A DNA stretch of 64,000 nt from Bdellovibrionales bacterium (GTDB taxonomy: Bacteria > Bdellovibrionota > Bdellovibrionia > Bdellovibrionales > JAGQZY01). Below, in pieces: positions 30,070 to 38,786 of the stretch. Numbering within the stretch: position 1 is the first letter of the stretch; every line of letters starts with the position of its first letter. The notes under the pieces were generated by a model, which was given only the letters and a program-made list of their open reading frames with translations, did no database searches and was not told the origin of the DNA. The position numbers were made by a program, and so were the translations under genes. The DNA lies in contig CAXRHT010000001.1 in the NCBI GenBank assembly GCA_964230645.1, positions 96,001-160,000 on the forward strand, written 5' to 3'.

Positions 30070-31239
30070 TTATATTCGCGGAGGACTCTCTCGGTCCTCT
30101 GCTTCGATAAATTGTTTGCGATACTCACTGGGAGTTTTACCCACCATCTTTTTAAACCTAGCATTAAAAGAGGACTTGGAGTTGAATCCTGAAGACTGGG
30201 CAATCTCTAAAATCGTTTTGTTTTTGTCAGGATCCTGCCGCAATTGCCTTTTGGCCTCCCTGACTCGGTATTCTAAAACAAATTGATTGAAGTTTTTATC
30301 AAGCGAGAAACGAATCACTTGCGAAGCTAGATAGGCGGGAATCTTTAGAGTCTTGGCAAGATCATCAATACGAAGGTTAGGATTCAAATATAATTTTTTC
30401 TCACTCATAATCGATTCTAATTTTTGTCCTAGGATCATAAGCTTTTCTTCTTGTAAATCGGTATTGTTGAAGGACTCCGCTTTTCTTTTCTCCTGGACTT
30501 CTTCTGTGGATTCTTGACTCATTTGCAAAGCTTCTCTTGAAGCCAAGGTACACATCCGCAGGGCCTCAAAAATATTGGCTAGAAATAAAATGGGAATGTA
30601 GCACTCCACTGTGAAGGCTAAAATTAAGTACTCCATTGCCATCGTGATCAAATTAAAACTTAAACCAAAAATTAGAAAAATATCTTTTGAAGACTTTCGA
30701 AGCCGATTGAGAATGTAAAGACTTGTTAATCCATTGATGAGCGCAAAAATACTCAAAAAGGACATCACTAATTTTTGTGGCTTTCCAAGCCTTGCGCCAT
30801 AAGCATCGAGAAAATACCGCCCCGTAATATTTAGATCATCAGGGTCAAAATAGAGATGCTTATCAAAAACCAGGTAGGAAACAGCAGGGATCAACGCAAG
30901 GAGAGCTAAAGAAAGCATACTGCCTAGGTAAAACTTTTTTAATAGGCGGGGGATAACAATAAAAAAGCTTAAAGATTTCAAATAGAAGTAGTGGCAAAGA
31001 AACAAAACAAACTGTAAACCCACCACAAAAAAGCGGGTCAAATCTACTGAAAACTGCTCAGAATAAACGATGGTCACATTGACAGTAAAAATACTACTGA
31101 GAAAACAGAAATAGGCTAAGTTCTTCGACCTCTTAAACCCATGCTGTAAATAAATTTTGAGTTGACCGGCACTCAGTACTACAAGAATGAGAAAGCAAAA
31201 AAAACTCAGCCCCGGATAAATCACTTCAACAAATTTCAT
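30070..31239 (-). CDS. membrane-anchored (about 7 TM) AraC family regulator, copy 3
   Basis: KLYLNPNL, YRVREAK, LEIAQSSGFNSKSSFN..FKK..GKTPSEYR; ATGA overlap with the upstream paralog. Confidence 0.92.
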   Translation of the reverse strand: MKFVEVIYPGLSFFCFLILVVLSAGQLKIYLQHGFKRSKNLAYFCFLSSIFTVNVTIVYSEQFSVDLTRFFVVGLQFVLFLCHYFYLKSLSFFIVIPRLLKKFYLGSMLSLALLALIPAVSYLVFDKHLYFDPDDLNITGRYFLDAYGARLGKPQKLVMSFLSIFALINGLTSLYILNRLRKSSKDIFLIFGLSFNLITMAMEYLILAFTVECYIPILFLANIFEALRMCTLASREALQMSQESTEEVQEKRKAESFNNTDLQEEKLMILGQKLESIMSEKKLYLNPNLRIDDLAKTLKIPAYLASQVIRFSLDKNFNQFVLEYRVREAKRQLRQDPDKNKTILEIAQSSGFNSKSSFNARFKKMVGKTPSEYRKQFIEAEDRESPPRI

Positions 31240-32381
31240 GAACATTTCTTATCTCGATATTGACTGGGGGTAAGACCCACTATTTTTTTAAAGGCCGTAT
31301 TAAAAGAGGACTTCGTATTAAAACCCGATTCAAAGGCTATATCCATAATTTTAACACCTTTGTATTTCTCGCTCCTCAGTTTCTTTTTAACCTCTTCAAT
31401 ACGATACTCAGAAAGCCATGTGAAGAAGTTCTTATCAAGACCGAATCGAATCGCTTGGGACACCAAATAGCTGGGAACTCGAGCCTTCAAGGCGACATCC
31501 TCTAGTTTTAAATTGGGATCAAGGTAGAGCTTTTTCTTTTCCATCAGTCGTGTGAGTTGCTCTTTTATTTGCGAGAGTCTTTTTTGATCAAGAGTCTGAT
31601 CCTGTTTGGATTGAGTGGTTTCAATATCTTCTTCATTGTGTCTAGCAAGAACAGCTTCCCTGGAAGCTAAAGAGGTCATACGAAAGGCTTCAAATATATT
31701 CGACAAATAAAGCATTGGAACATAGTAAGCCACACTCAGAGGCAAAACCAAAAATTCCATCCCACTGGCCAAAACATTAAAAAGGAGGCCCGCAATGAGA
31801 AAGATGTCTTGGGAGGATTGATACAGTCTTAAGAGGAGCAAAAGACTAAAGGAAATATGAACAAAGCTAAAAAGACTGAGTCCAACCAATGGTATTGTGT
31901 AGGGGTCTCCTAGTCTCGTCAAATAGGCATCGGAAAAAAAACGACCGGTCACCTTGATGGCATCCGGGTTGAAAAATAAAGGTTCATTGAAGAATATAAA
32001 AGAAACCACCGGAATGAGAGCAAGAGCTGTGAGTAAAAGCATCGTGGCTTCATAGATTTTCTTGGCTTTCGGAGGGATCGCAATGAAAAAGCTCAAGCAG
32101 CGAGAATAGTAATAATGAGCAAGGAACATGAGAAGAATTGTTACCAGCACCACAATTCTCGTAAAGGTTGTCGAGAAAGCCATTGAATAAACGACGGTAA
32201 CACTCACAGTAAACAAAGCGCTAAGAAAACAAAAAACAGACAACTGTTTTGATCTCTCTAAGCCCCATTGCTTATAGATATTAAATTGTCTAAGAGCTAA
32301 GAAAAGCAGAGCGACACTGCAGAAAAAGCTTATCCCTGGTGCGGTTTTCTCAAATACTTCTATCAAAGGATTCGCCTCCAA
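31236..32381 (-). CDS. membrane-anchored (about 7 TM) AraC family regulator, copy 2
   Basis: KLYLDPNL, MDIAFESGFNTKSSFNTAFKKIVGLTPSQYR. Confidence 0.92.
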   Translation of the reverse strand: MEANPLIEVFEKTAPGISFFCSVALLFLALRQFNIYKQWGLERSKQLSVFCFLSALFTVSVTVVYSMAFSTTFTRIVVLVTILLMFLAHYYYSRCLSFFIAIPPKAKKIYEATMLLLTALALIPVVSFIFFNEPLFFNPDAIKVTGRFFSDAYLTRLGDPYTIPLVGLSLFSFVHISFSLLLLLRLYQSSQDIFLIAGLLFNVLASGMEFLVLPLSVAYYVPMLYLSNIFEAFRMTSLASREAVLARHNEEDIETTQSKQDQTLDQKRLSQIKEQLTRLMEKKKLYLDPNLKLEDVALKARVPSYLVSQAIRFGLDKNFFTWLSEYRIEEVKKKLRSEKYKGVKIMDIAFESGFNTKSSFNTAFKKIVGLTPSQYRDKKCS

Positions 32382-32428
32382 GCGGTTAGATTGAAGCTAC
32401 TACGAATCTTCATATTTTTAAATAATTT

Positions 32429-33550
32429 TTATGGGCTTTGATCTCGACGATACTCACTGGGAGTTTGGCCAACAATTTTTTTAAACGAGGTGTTGAAACT
32501 GGATTTCGAGTTAAAACCCGATTCGTAGGCCACCTCCATAATATTCTTATTTGGATCATTTAAAAGACGTCTTTTGGCCTCTTCGATCCGGTACTGACTG
32601 ATCCACTGAAAATAGTTTGTATTGAGATGAAAGCTAATGGCCTGCGAAACAAGATAGCTGGGTGTTTTTGCCGTGCGAGCTAAATCACTGACCTTGAGAT
32701 TGGAATTGAGGTAGAGTTTTTCATTTTCCATAAGCCTCTCAATTTTAGTCGCGATTTTAGAGAGCTGCTCCTGATTTAGACCTTTATTTTCAACATCCTC
32801 TTCCTCGACATTCTCTTCTCGATCTAACTTGTCTAAATAGGCTTCACGACTAGCTATTGAATTCATTCGGAAAGCTTCAAAGATATTGGCTAGAAAGACC
32901 ATTGGAATATAAAAATCAATTGCGATGGGAAGAACCAGAAACTCCATACCACAGGCTACTAAATTAGTGGTGAGCCCTGCCATTAGGAAATAGTCTCTAG
33001 AGGACTGGTAAATTCGAACCAGAATATAGGCACTCGTTAGACCATGGATCAGACTAAAGGCGCCGTAAAAAAACATAGCCAGAACCGTCGGTTCACCTAA
33101 ACGAGTGGTGTAGGCATCCAAAAAGAAATGCCCGGTCTCGTTGATCGTGTTGCGATCAAAAACCAATTCAACATCAAAAACTATAAGACTCATTGCAAAA
33201 CCAATATGCACAAGCCCCAAGCCAAGCATGCTTGATTTATAAAATTTTTGCAGCCAATGAGGGATTGAAATAAAATAGCCCAGACTTTTCATATAAAAGT
33301 ACAGAGCGACATAAAGTAAGAAGTGAAAGCCCACCACAAAAAATCGAACCGTATCAGCGGAAAAGTGATCGGCGTAAACCACGACCTCAATAAAGGTATA
33401 AAGAGCGCTAAAGAAACAAAAAAGCCCAATCGCCTTGGATCGTTGAAAACCTCTAGTTTGATAGAGACGAAATTGGATAAAAGCCAGCAACAAAAGAGCT
33501 GCAAAACAAAAAAAGCTCAATCCTGGAAATATAACTTGGACAAACTCCAT
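32429..33550 (-). CDS. membrane-anchored (about 7 TM) AraC family regulator, copy 1
   Basis: KLYLNSNL, MEVAYESGFNSKSSFNTSFKKIVGQTPSEYR. Confidence 0.92.
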   Translation of the reverse strand: MEFVQVIFPGLSFFCFAALLLLAFIQFRLYQTRGFQRSKAIGLFCFFSALYTFIEVVVYADHFSADTVRFFVVGFHFLLYVALYFYMKSLGYFISIPHWLQKFYKSSMLGLGLVHIGFAMSLIVFDVELVFDRNTINETGHFFLDAYTTRLGEPTVLAMFFYGAFSLIHGLTSAYILVRIYQSSRDYFLMAGLTTNLVACGMEFLVLPIAIDFYIPMVFLANIFEAFRMNSIASREAYLDKLDREENVEEEDVENKGLNQEQLSKIATKIERLMENEKLYLNSNLKVSDLARTAKTPSYLVSQAISFHLNTNYFQWISQYRIEEAKRRLLNDPNKNIMEVAYESGFNSKSSFNTSFKKIVGQTPSEYRRDQSP

Positions 33551-33608
33551 CCTCTATTAATATCTCAAACCAAGGGGCTTTTCAATTCTCTATAAATGGT
33601 TCAACTGT

Positions 33609-34310
33609 TCACTTTTTTGTTTTTTCAAGGAGATACTGGGAATAGGCTTCGTTAATATCTTGAATTCGACAAGTTCTTCGAATGAAATCAATAAGCTTCT
33701 TTTTTACACTTAAGCGTAACAGATTTGATAGGTCACAGCGCTCATCGAGCATTTCCACAATGGCTTGGGAAGTTTTATAGTGAACCGCAATGGGGATGGA
33801 GCTTGGTTGAAACGGATGACCCATCTTAGTGATATCGCTAAACTTTTTTTGTTTTGTAAGCCAGTGGTAACTCACCTTCCCTTTACGGGAGTAAAAATTG
33901 GCAAAGCCTTCTTCGAGCCAGCGTGGAATAGAACTTTTGTACTTTTGATAGAAGATCACATGAACAAGTTCGTGTCCCAGTATTTGATCTAAATTTTTAT
34001 GGGTCGCTCTAGGGCTAATGTGAACCTCGGTGCTTTTGGGAGATTTAATGGTCACAGCGGCAGGCCTTGAGCCCAAAGTGTGGGCCTTTTTGAAAGATCC
34101 CTCAGTGGTGTGAAAATACACTGGTACCCGTCTTATTTTCCATTCCAATCGGGATTCAAGTTTCTCAGTGATACGTTCCACACGATTTTGCTTTACCCAA
34201 TCAGGAAGATTATGCAAAACCAGTGAGTTTGTTCGCACCTCTTTGGCTGAAGCTAAAAGAGAAACAAAAATAAAAGCCTGAGAAATAAGAAGTGATTTAA
34301 TTTTCGGCAT
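33609..34310 (-). CDS. secreted peptidase MA-like (gluzincin) metalloprotease
   Basis: Signal peptide; HELVH zinc motif followed by PRWLEEGFA. Confidence 0.8.
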   Translation of the reverse strand: MPKIKSLLISQAFIFVSLLASAKEVRTNSLVLHNLPDWVKQNRVERITEKLESRLEWKIRRVPVYFHTTEGSFKKAHTLGSRPAAVTIKSPKSTEVHISPRATHKNLDQILGHELVHVIFYQKYKSSIPRWLEEGFANFYSRKGKVSYHWLTKQKKFSDITKMGHPFQPSSIPIAVHYKTSQAIVEMLDERCDLSNLLRLSVKKKLIDFIRRTCRIQDINEAYSQYLLEKTKK

Positions 34311-34818
34311 CACTCCCCTTCTTTACAATCTTATCTTTGAGGTTTTTTAGGATCTGGGAGGCATCATAATACTTAGCCTCTTGTTCTTTATTGATTCCCT
34401 TACTCATACTAATAAAGCCCACCGCTTCAAATTCATTGTGGGTCACTACCCCACCCCCTGGAGCATTGGGACCGTAGATGTAATAGGGGAAGCGGCGACG
34501 ATCTCTAGGGTAAAAACCATAAATACTGGGCGCCATACTCTCTGTTTCTGACATTCGGTCGGTTTCAAAATGAGTGAACCGAAAAAATTTGAATCCGTTT
34601 TCGAGAGTTGCTTCGGCCGCTCGATAAAAAAGGTAGGTTTCTACCGTTTCTCTTTCGGTCACCTTATTGCCTTTGAATGAAACTCTTAACTTATTATCGT
34701 CGAGCTTCGTATCTTTATATCCATTCCCAAGATATCCCGCCGGCTGATAAGGGGTGGGAGTGGCACAAGCGGACAAGCCCAATAGAGCGAGTATCAGTGT
34801 TCCCTTTTGAAAAATCAT
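34297..34818 (-). CDS. lipoprotein (CC0125/CC1285-like)
   Basis: Lipobox LSAC; TPYQP, GYKD, RVSFKGN, YRAAEATLENGF motifs. Confidence 0.8.
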   Translation of the reverse strand: MIFQKGTLILALLGLSACATPTPYQPAGYLGNGYKDTKLDDNKLRVSFKGNKVTERETVETYLFYRAAEATLENGFKFFRFTHFETDRMSETESMAPSIYGFYPRDRRRFPYYIYGPNAPGGGVVTHNEFEAVGFISMSKGINKEQEAKYYDASQILKNLKDKIVKKGSDAEN

Positions 34819-34876
34819 CTCATCCTTTCAAGCGTTGAGTTCAAGACTGGGTTATCATACCAGGATAGTCTTTCGA

Positions 34877-35089
34877 CTGTCATTCTCACCTGTCACTCTG
34901 CCTGAATGTCATTCTGAGCGCAGCGAAGAATCTGTCGCGCTAGCTTCGAGAATAGATTCTTCGCTTCGCTCAGAATGACAATGTGTGGGCTTCGCTCAGA
35001 ATGACAATGTGTGGGCTGCGCTCAGAATGACAATGTGTGGCCTGCGCTCAGAATGACATTCAGGTGGGATGACAGGGGCTCAGAATGCC
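34877..35089. repeat. REP-like doublet with 3 x 26-bp tandem units
   Basis: Left arm 34907-34933, 20-nt loop, right arm 34954-34980; units atgtgtgggcttcgctcagaatgaca at 34981, 35007, 35033; degenerate outer inverted copies. Confidence 0.93.
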
Positions 35090-35103
35090 GTCCGAGAATT
35101 CCT

Positions 35104-35601
35104 CTATTTATTCTTTTTTTCTTGGGCCGCTCTTTTTTTGGCTAAATTTTCGAGACGGTAGGCTCTTCTCTCTTTACCCGCTTGGTATCTTCTTTTTTCG
35201 TCAGGGGTTTGTGGATCAATTGGAGCGATCTCGGTGGGTTTACCCTGGGAATTAAGGGCTACAAAGGTCAGGTAAGCTGTGGCTGTGTGGAAGGTTTCAT
35301 TGGTTGTTGGATTTTCAGCATCCACACGCACACCGATTTCCATGGATGTCTTTCCAGTAAAATTCACGCTGGCTTTAAGATTTACGACCCAGCCAGTATA
35401 AACGGGCGCGACAAATTCCATTTCATCAAGATGAGCGGTAACAACAGTTTTTTGGGAGTGTCTTTGGGCACAAACGGCAGCGGCGATATCAATCCATGAC
35501 ATGATTGTACCGCCGAAAATCGTTCCCAAAGAATTTGTATGAGATGGAAGCACGAGCTCAGTCTTAATGACTTGGGAAAGTGAGACTGGTCGTGCTTGCA
35601 T
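35104..35601 (-). CDS. acyl-CoA thioesterase (YciA-like hotdog fold)
   Basis: PSHTNSLGTIFGG..MSWID, VVTAHLD, GKTSMEIGV, LTFVAL. Confidence 0.92.
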   Translation of the reverse strand: MQARPVSLSQVIKTELVLPSHTNSLGTIFGGTIMSWIDIAAAVCAQRHSQKTVVTAHLDEMEFVAPVYTGWVVNLKASVNFTGKTSMEIGVRVDAENPTTNETFHTATAYLTFVALNSQGKPTEIAPIDPQTPDEKRRYQAGKERRAYRLENLAKKRAAQEKKNK

Positions 35602-35625
35602 TAAAGATCCTTACGGATGAGAGGC

Positions 35626-36060
35626 TTATAGGCCAAACATTCCCATTCCACCGTTTCCAGTACCAGTTCCCCCGGTGCCAGTTCCAGTGTTATCTGGATT
35701 GTTTGTTTGCTGGTTGTTGTTGGTGTTGATTCCGGATCCAACAGTTGAGTTACCAGCAGGAATTGAGTCAATTCCTCCACCTTGATTGGTGTTGTTTCCA
35801 GCTGTTCCAGTGGCGTTGATTTGTTGTTGATTGTTTTGAGCCTCAACAAATCCCATATGAGGTAGACACCATACGATTAACTGGGCACGACTTTTAACCT
35901 GCATCTTCTTATAGATGTTAGTCAGGTGAAATTTCACCGTTTTCTCTGTGACAAAAAGTCGGTTGGCAACTTCCTTGTTGGAGAGCCCTTTTGAAACCAG
36001 CTCTGCCACCTCGGCTTCTCTATTGGACAAACCCTTCTGAATTAGGACATCTCTGAGCAT
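35626..36060 (-). CDS. stand-alone LuxR-type HTH regulator with low-complexity tail
   Basis: LSNREAEVAELVSKGLSNKEVANRLFVTEKTVKFHLTNIYKK; N/Q/G/T-rich C-terminal half. Confidence 0.92.
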   Translation of the reverse strand: MLRDVLIQKGLSNREAEVAELVSKGLSNKEVANRLFVTEKTVKFHLTNIYKKMQVKSRAQLIVWCLPHMGFVEAQNNQQQINATGTAGNNTNQGGGIDSIPAGNSTVGSGINTNNNQQTNNPDNTGTGTGGTGTGNGGMGMFGL

Positions 36061-36458
36061 CCTTGCTCCCTTCGTTAGTTTAGTGGTTACTTTAGGCTTA
36101 ACGTCAGTGTTTCGCCTCTTTTAAAGTCTGGCAAGATGTTGGACTTTTTACAAGTGCCTGAATTAAAAAATTCTAAAACTGGACTCAGATTTTTGAAAAT
36201 CCTGACAATTTCATAATAAATATTTAGAGTCACTCAAAAAAATATTTGTAGAAAAGCACGACTAGACGTTTTTTGAGGGTTTGAGCCCTCGATGAAGGGC
36301 TTGAAAATGTAAGATCTTTCAGAAACTTTCAGGACCTTTCGCTATATTGCTGGAGGTCAAAACACAATCTCGACCTTAATATGCCTTTTTAATGATCAAA
36401 ATTTGGCCTTTGGGGAAGTTGTAAAACTTGAAAAGAGACAAAAGTCACAAGAATCCCG

Positions 36459-38786
36459 CTAAAGAATCTCAAGATCTTTTACCACCAGTTCCTTTTGAAG
36501 CTTTCTTAAAACATCCTCTGGATTTTTCCCCTCCATGGGTTCCACTCCAAAAATGTCATCAATTTGTCGCCCCCAGGTGTGAACTTTCGCCCAGGAAATC
36601 TGAAATCCCTCATTGTGAAGAGCTTGAATGGCTGTAAGCAAAAGACCTTTTTTATCACCCGCTCGAAAACTATAGACCCACTCTTCTTCATCCCATGAAA
36701 CCAAATCGATCTGAGAGAATGGGGTCTTATACTCCTTCACTGTCTCAACACCTTTTACCTGCAATCTTTTACGTAGCACCGGTAAGGACTTATTGGTTTT
36801 GACACAAAACCAATCGTATACCCCCATTTTTTTATCGGTGTAGATCATCGCCTGCCTAATATTACAGCCTAAGCTGGTAAGCTTTTGGGTGAACTCTAAA
36901 ACCAAGCCCGCTTGATCCTTTTTCTTGTGAAAACGCATCCACACCCGATTACGCCTGTCCTTCATAACTAAAGGATTTAATTCTTCTCCTTTTAAAATTT
37001 GCCTAAAGTCCTTTAACAAAACATTGTGAGAAAAGGCGTCGATGAGAGAAGAGTCCAAATCGTTTAAGAAAGCATCAGGGACTTTTAAATTTTGTCTTTT
37101 TAACTTTTGGGTAAAATCATAGTGCTTAGCCGGACTGGGATTCCTTAAGGTATCCACCATTTCGCAAAGAAGATTTTCCTTCCAAGAATTCCAAGCGTCC
37201 GGGTTGGTCGCTAAAATATCGATAACAGTAAATATAGCTAACCGATAAAGCCTCGGGCCGCGCACACCACGAGAAAATAAGTATTCCCAAGTTTTAGGAG
37301 ACTGAGGGTTTTTACGAAAAGCGGCCGTCGAGAGGATGAGATGATTTTCAACCAGCCAAGCCACCTCATGGGCAAAGTTCTTAGAAAAACCGAAAGCCTT
37401 GAGGTCTTTAAGGGTAAGCTCTCTTCCCTTTTTAGAATGATCCCCTTTTCTGCCTTTGGCAATATCATGGTAAAGAGCTGTCCATCGTAAAATATTCCAA
37501 TCCGAGATTTTCAACTTCTCACCAAAAAACTCCAGTTTCCCCAAAAGCTTCGGATAAGTGTAGATTCGGCGCACTTCCCTGACGGCTTGTAAAAGGTGAG
37601 CATTGACCGAGTAGCGATGATACTGATCGTGCTGCACAAGACCTATGACTTTGGTAAAATTGGGGATCAAATGAGAAACCATTTGCGAGCGAAAAGCCGC
37701 CACTGTGAGCTCATCTTCGGTTTTAATATCAAGAATTTTCTTAAGAATTTTTCCTTTTTCCGTTTTCTTGAGCTTTTCTTTGTTAAAACCCCTGGTGTCG
37801 TAAAGTTTTTTTCGAATAATCGCTTGAGTTTGTAAGCTCTGATCTTTTTTTAAGGCTTTCAGAGTGTCCCCCCAATTGGAAGGATCTTGCTTAGAAACGC
37901 GATTCATTTCTTTAAGTGTTAGTGTGCAGCGTTCATTAGCCCAGTCGGAATGAAAGCTCACTCTTGAAAGTCCTTTTTGAACCTCCATCATAAAACGGCG
38001 ATGACTTTCATAGCCAAACCAGTCGCTTAAATCCAATTGATCAGGAGCTGTGAGAATATCATGGGAGTGATGCAAATGAAGTTTTTGGCGAATCAATAAA
38101 AAGAAACAGCGGTAATAATCTAGAACTTTAAAAGCGTACTCATCTTCTAAGAAGCGCTCAGGGAACCACTCTCTTAAAATCATCGCCTGATGAAGATCCC
38201 TCAAACCACCGGAACCAAATTTTAAATTCGGCTCCAAAAAGTTAGCAATGGAATCATAGCGCTTAAAGCGCATTTTTCTTTCACTGACAATCACCTGAAG
38301 TAGTTTACGGCGAAAAGCTTTCTCACTTCTTAAGATAATATCTTTTTGAACCTGTAATCTTTTAGCACCCTCTTGGGTAAAGGCTTTGGCATTGAAAAGT
38401 GCGTTGATCTCAAGTTCTTCCACATTCTGGGTCCAATCCTCACGATTGTCTGGAACACGGTAGCGAAACTTCATTCCCAATTTTTCGGTGACATCAACCA
38501 CCTTTTTCACAGCTTCATCTGAACCACAGAAAATTACATCAAGGTCCGAGCCCGGACACAACTCTCCCCTTCCCCACGAACCAATAGCGATCGGATGAGC
38601 CTCTTGCCAACCATCGATTTCTCTGAGGCGATTTTCAATACATAAAGAAAGCCAAGAGGAAAAATCCAGAGCCACACTCAGGTTATGATCCAAAAGAACC
38701 TGACCCAAGGGGGTTGCCAGAGGGGGCCTCAACATTGCGCGGGCCTCTTCTAACTGTTTTTCTGTTAAGAAAGTTCTTGCTGCCAC
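36459..38786 (-). CDS. glnD: [protein-PII] uridylyltransferase / uridylyl-removing enzyme
   Basis: AIGSWGRGELCPGSDLD, LEPNLKFGSGGLRD, QHDQYHRYSV, YHDIAKG HD domain, C-terminal ACT-like domains. Confidence 0.92.
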   Translation of the reverse strand: MAARTFLTEKQLEEARAMLRPPLATPLGQVLLDHNLSVALDFSSWLSLCIENRLREIDGWQEAHPIAIGSWGRGELCPGSDLDVIFCGSDEAVKKVVDVTEKLGMKFRYRVPDNREDWTQNVEELEINALFNAKAFTQEGAKRLQVQKDIILRSEKAFRRKLLQVIVSERKMRFKRYDSIANFLEPNLKFGSGGLRDLHQAMILREWFPERFLEDEYAFKVLDYYRCFFLLIRQKLHLHHSHDILTAPDQLDLSDWFGYESHRRFMMEVQKGLSRVSFHSDWANERCTLTLKEMNRVSKQDPSNWGDTLKALKKDQSLQTQAIIRKKLYDTRGFNKEKLKKTEKGKILKKILDIKTEDELTVAAFRSQMVSHLIPNFTKVIGLVQHDQYHRYSVNAHLLQAVREVRRIYTYPKLLGKLEFFGEKLKISDWNILRWTALYHDIAKGRKGDHSKKGRELTLKDLKAFGFSKNFAHEVAWLVENHLILSTAAFRKNPQSPKTWEYLFSRGVRGPRLYRLAIFTVIDILATNPDAWNSWKENLLCEMVDTLRNPSPAKHYDFTQKLKRQNLKVPDAFLNDLDSSLIDAFSHNVLLKDFRQILKGEELNPLVMKDRRNRVWMRFHKKKDQAGLVLEFTQKLTSLGCNIRQAMIYTDKKMGVYDWFCVKTNKSLPVLRKRLQVKGVETVKEYKTPFSQIDLVSWDEEEWVYSFRAGDKKGLLLTAIQALHNEGFQISWAKVHTWGRQIDDIFGVEPMEGKNPEDVLRKLQKELVVKDLEIL

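Noticed and set aside
35601..35849. 82-aa minus-strand ORF overlapping the LuxR tail, possible frameshift product
   Set aside because: Alternative frame of low-complexity sequence; no slippery site or SD noted.
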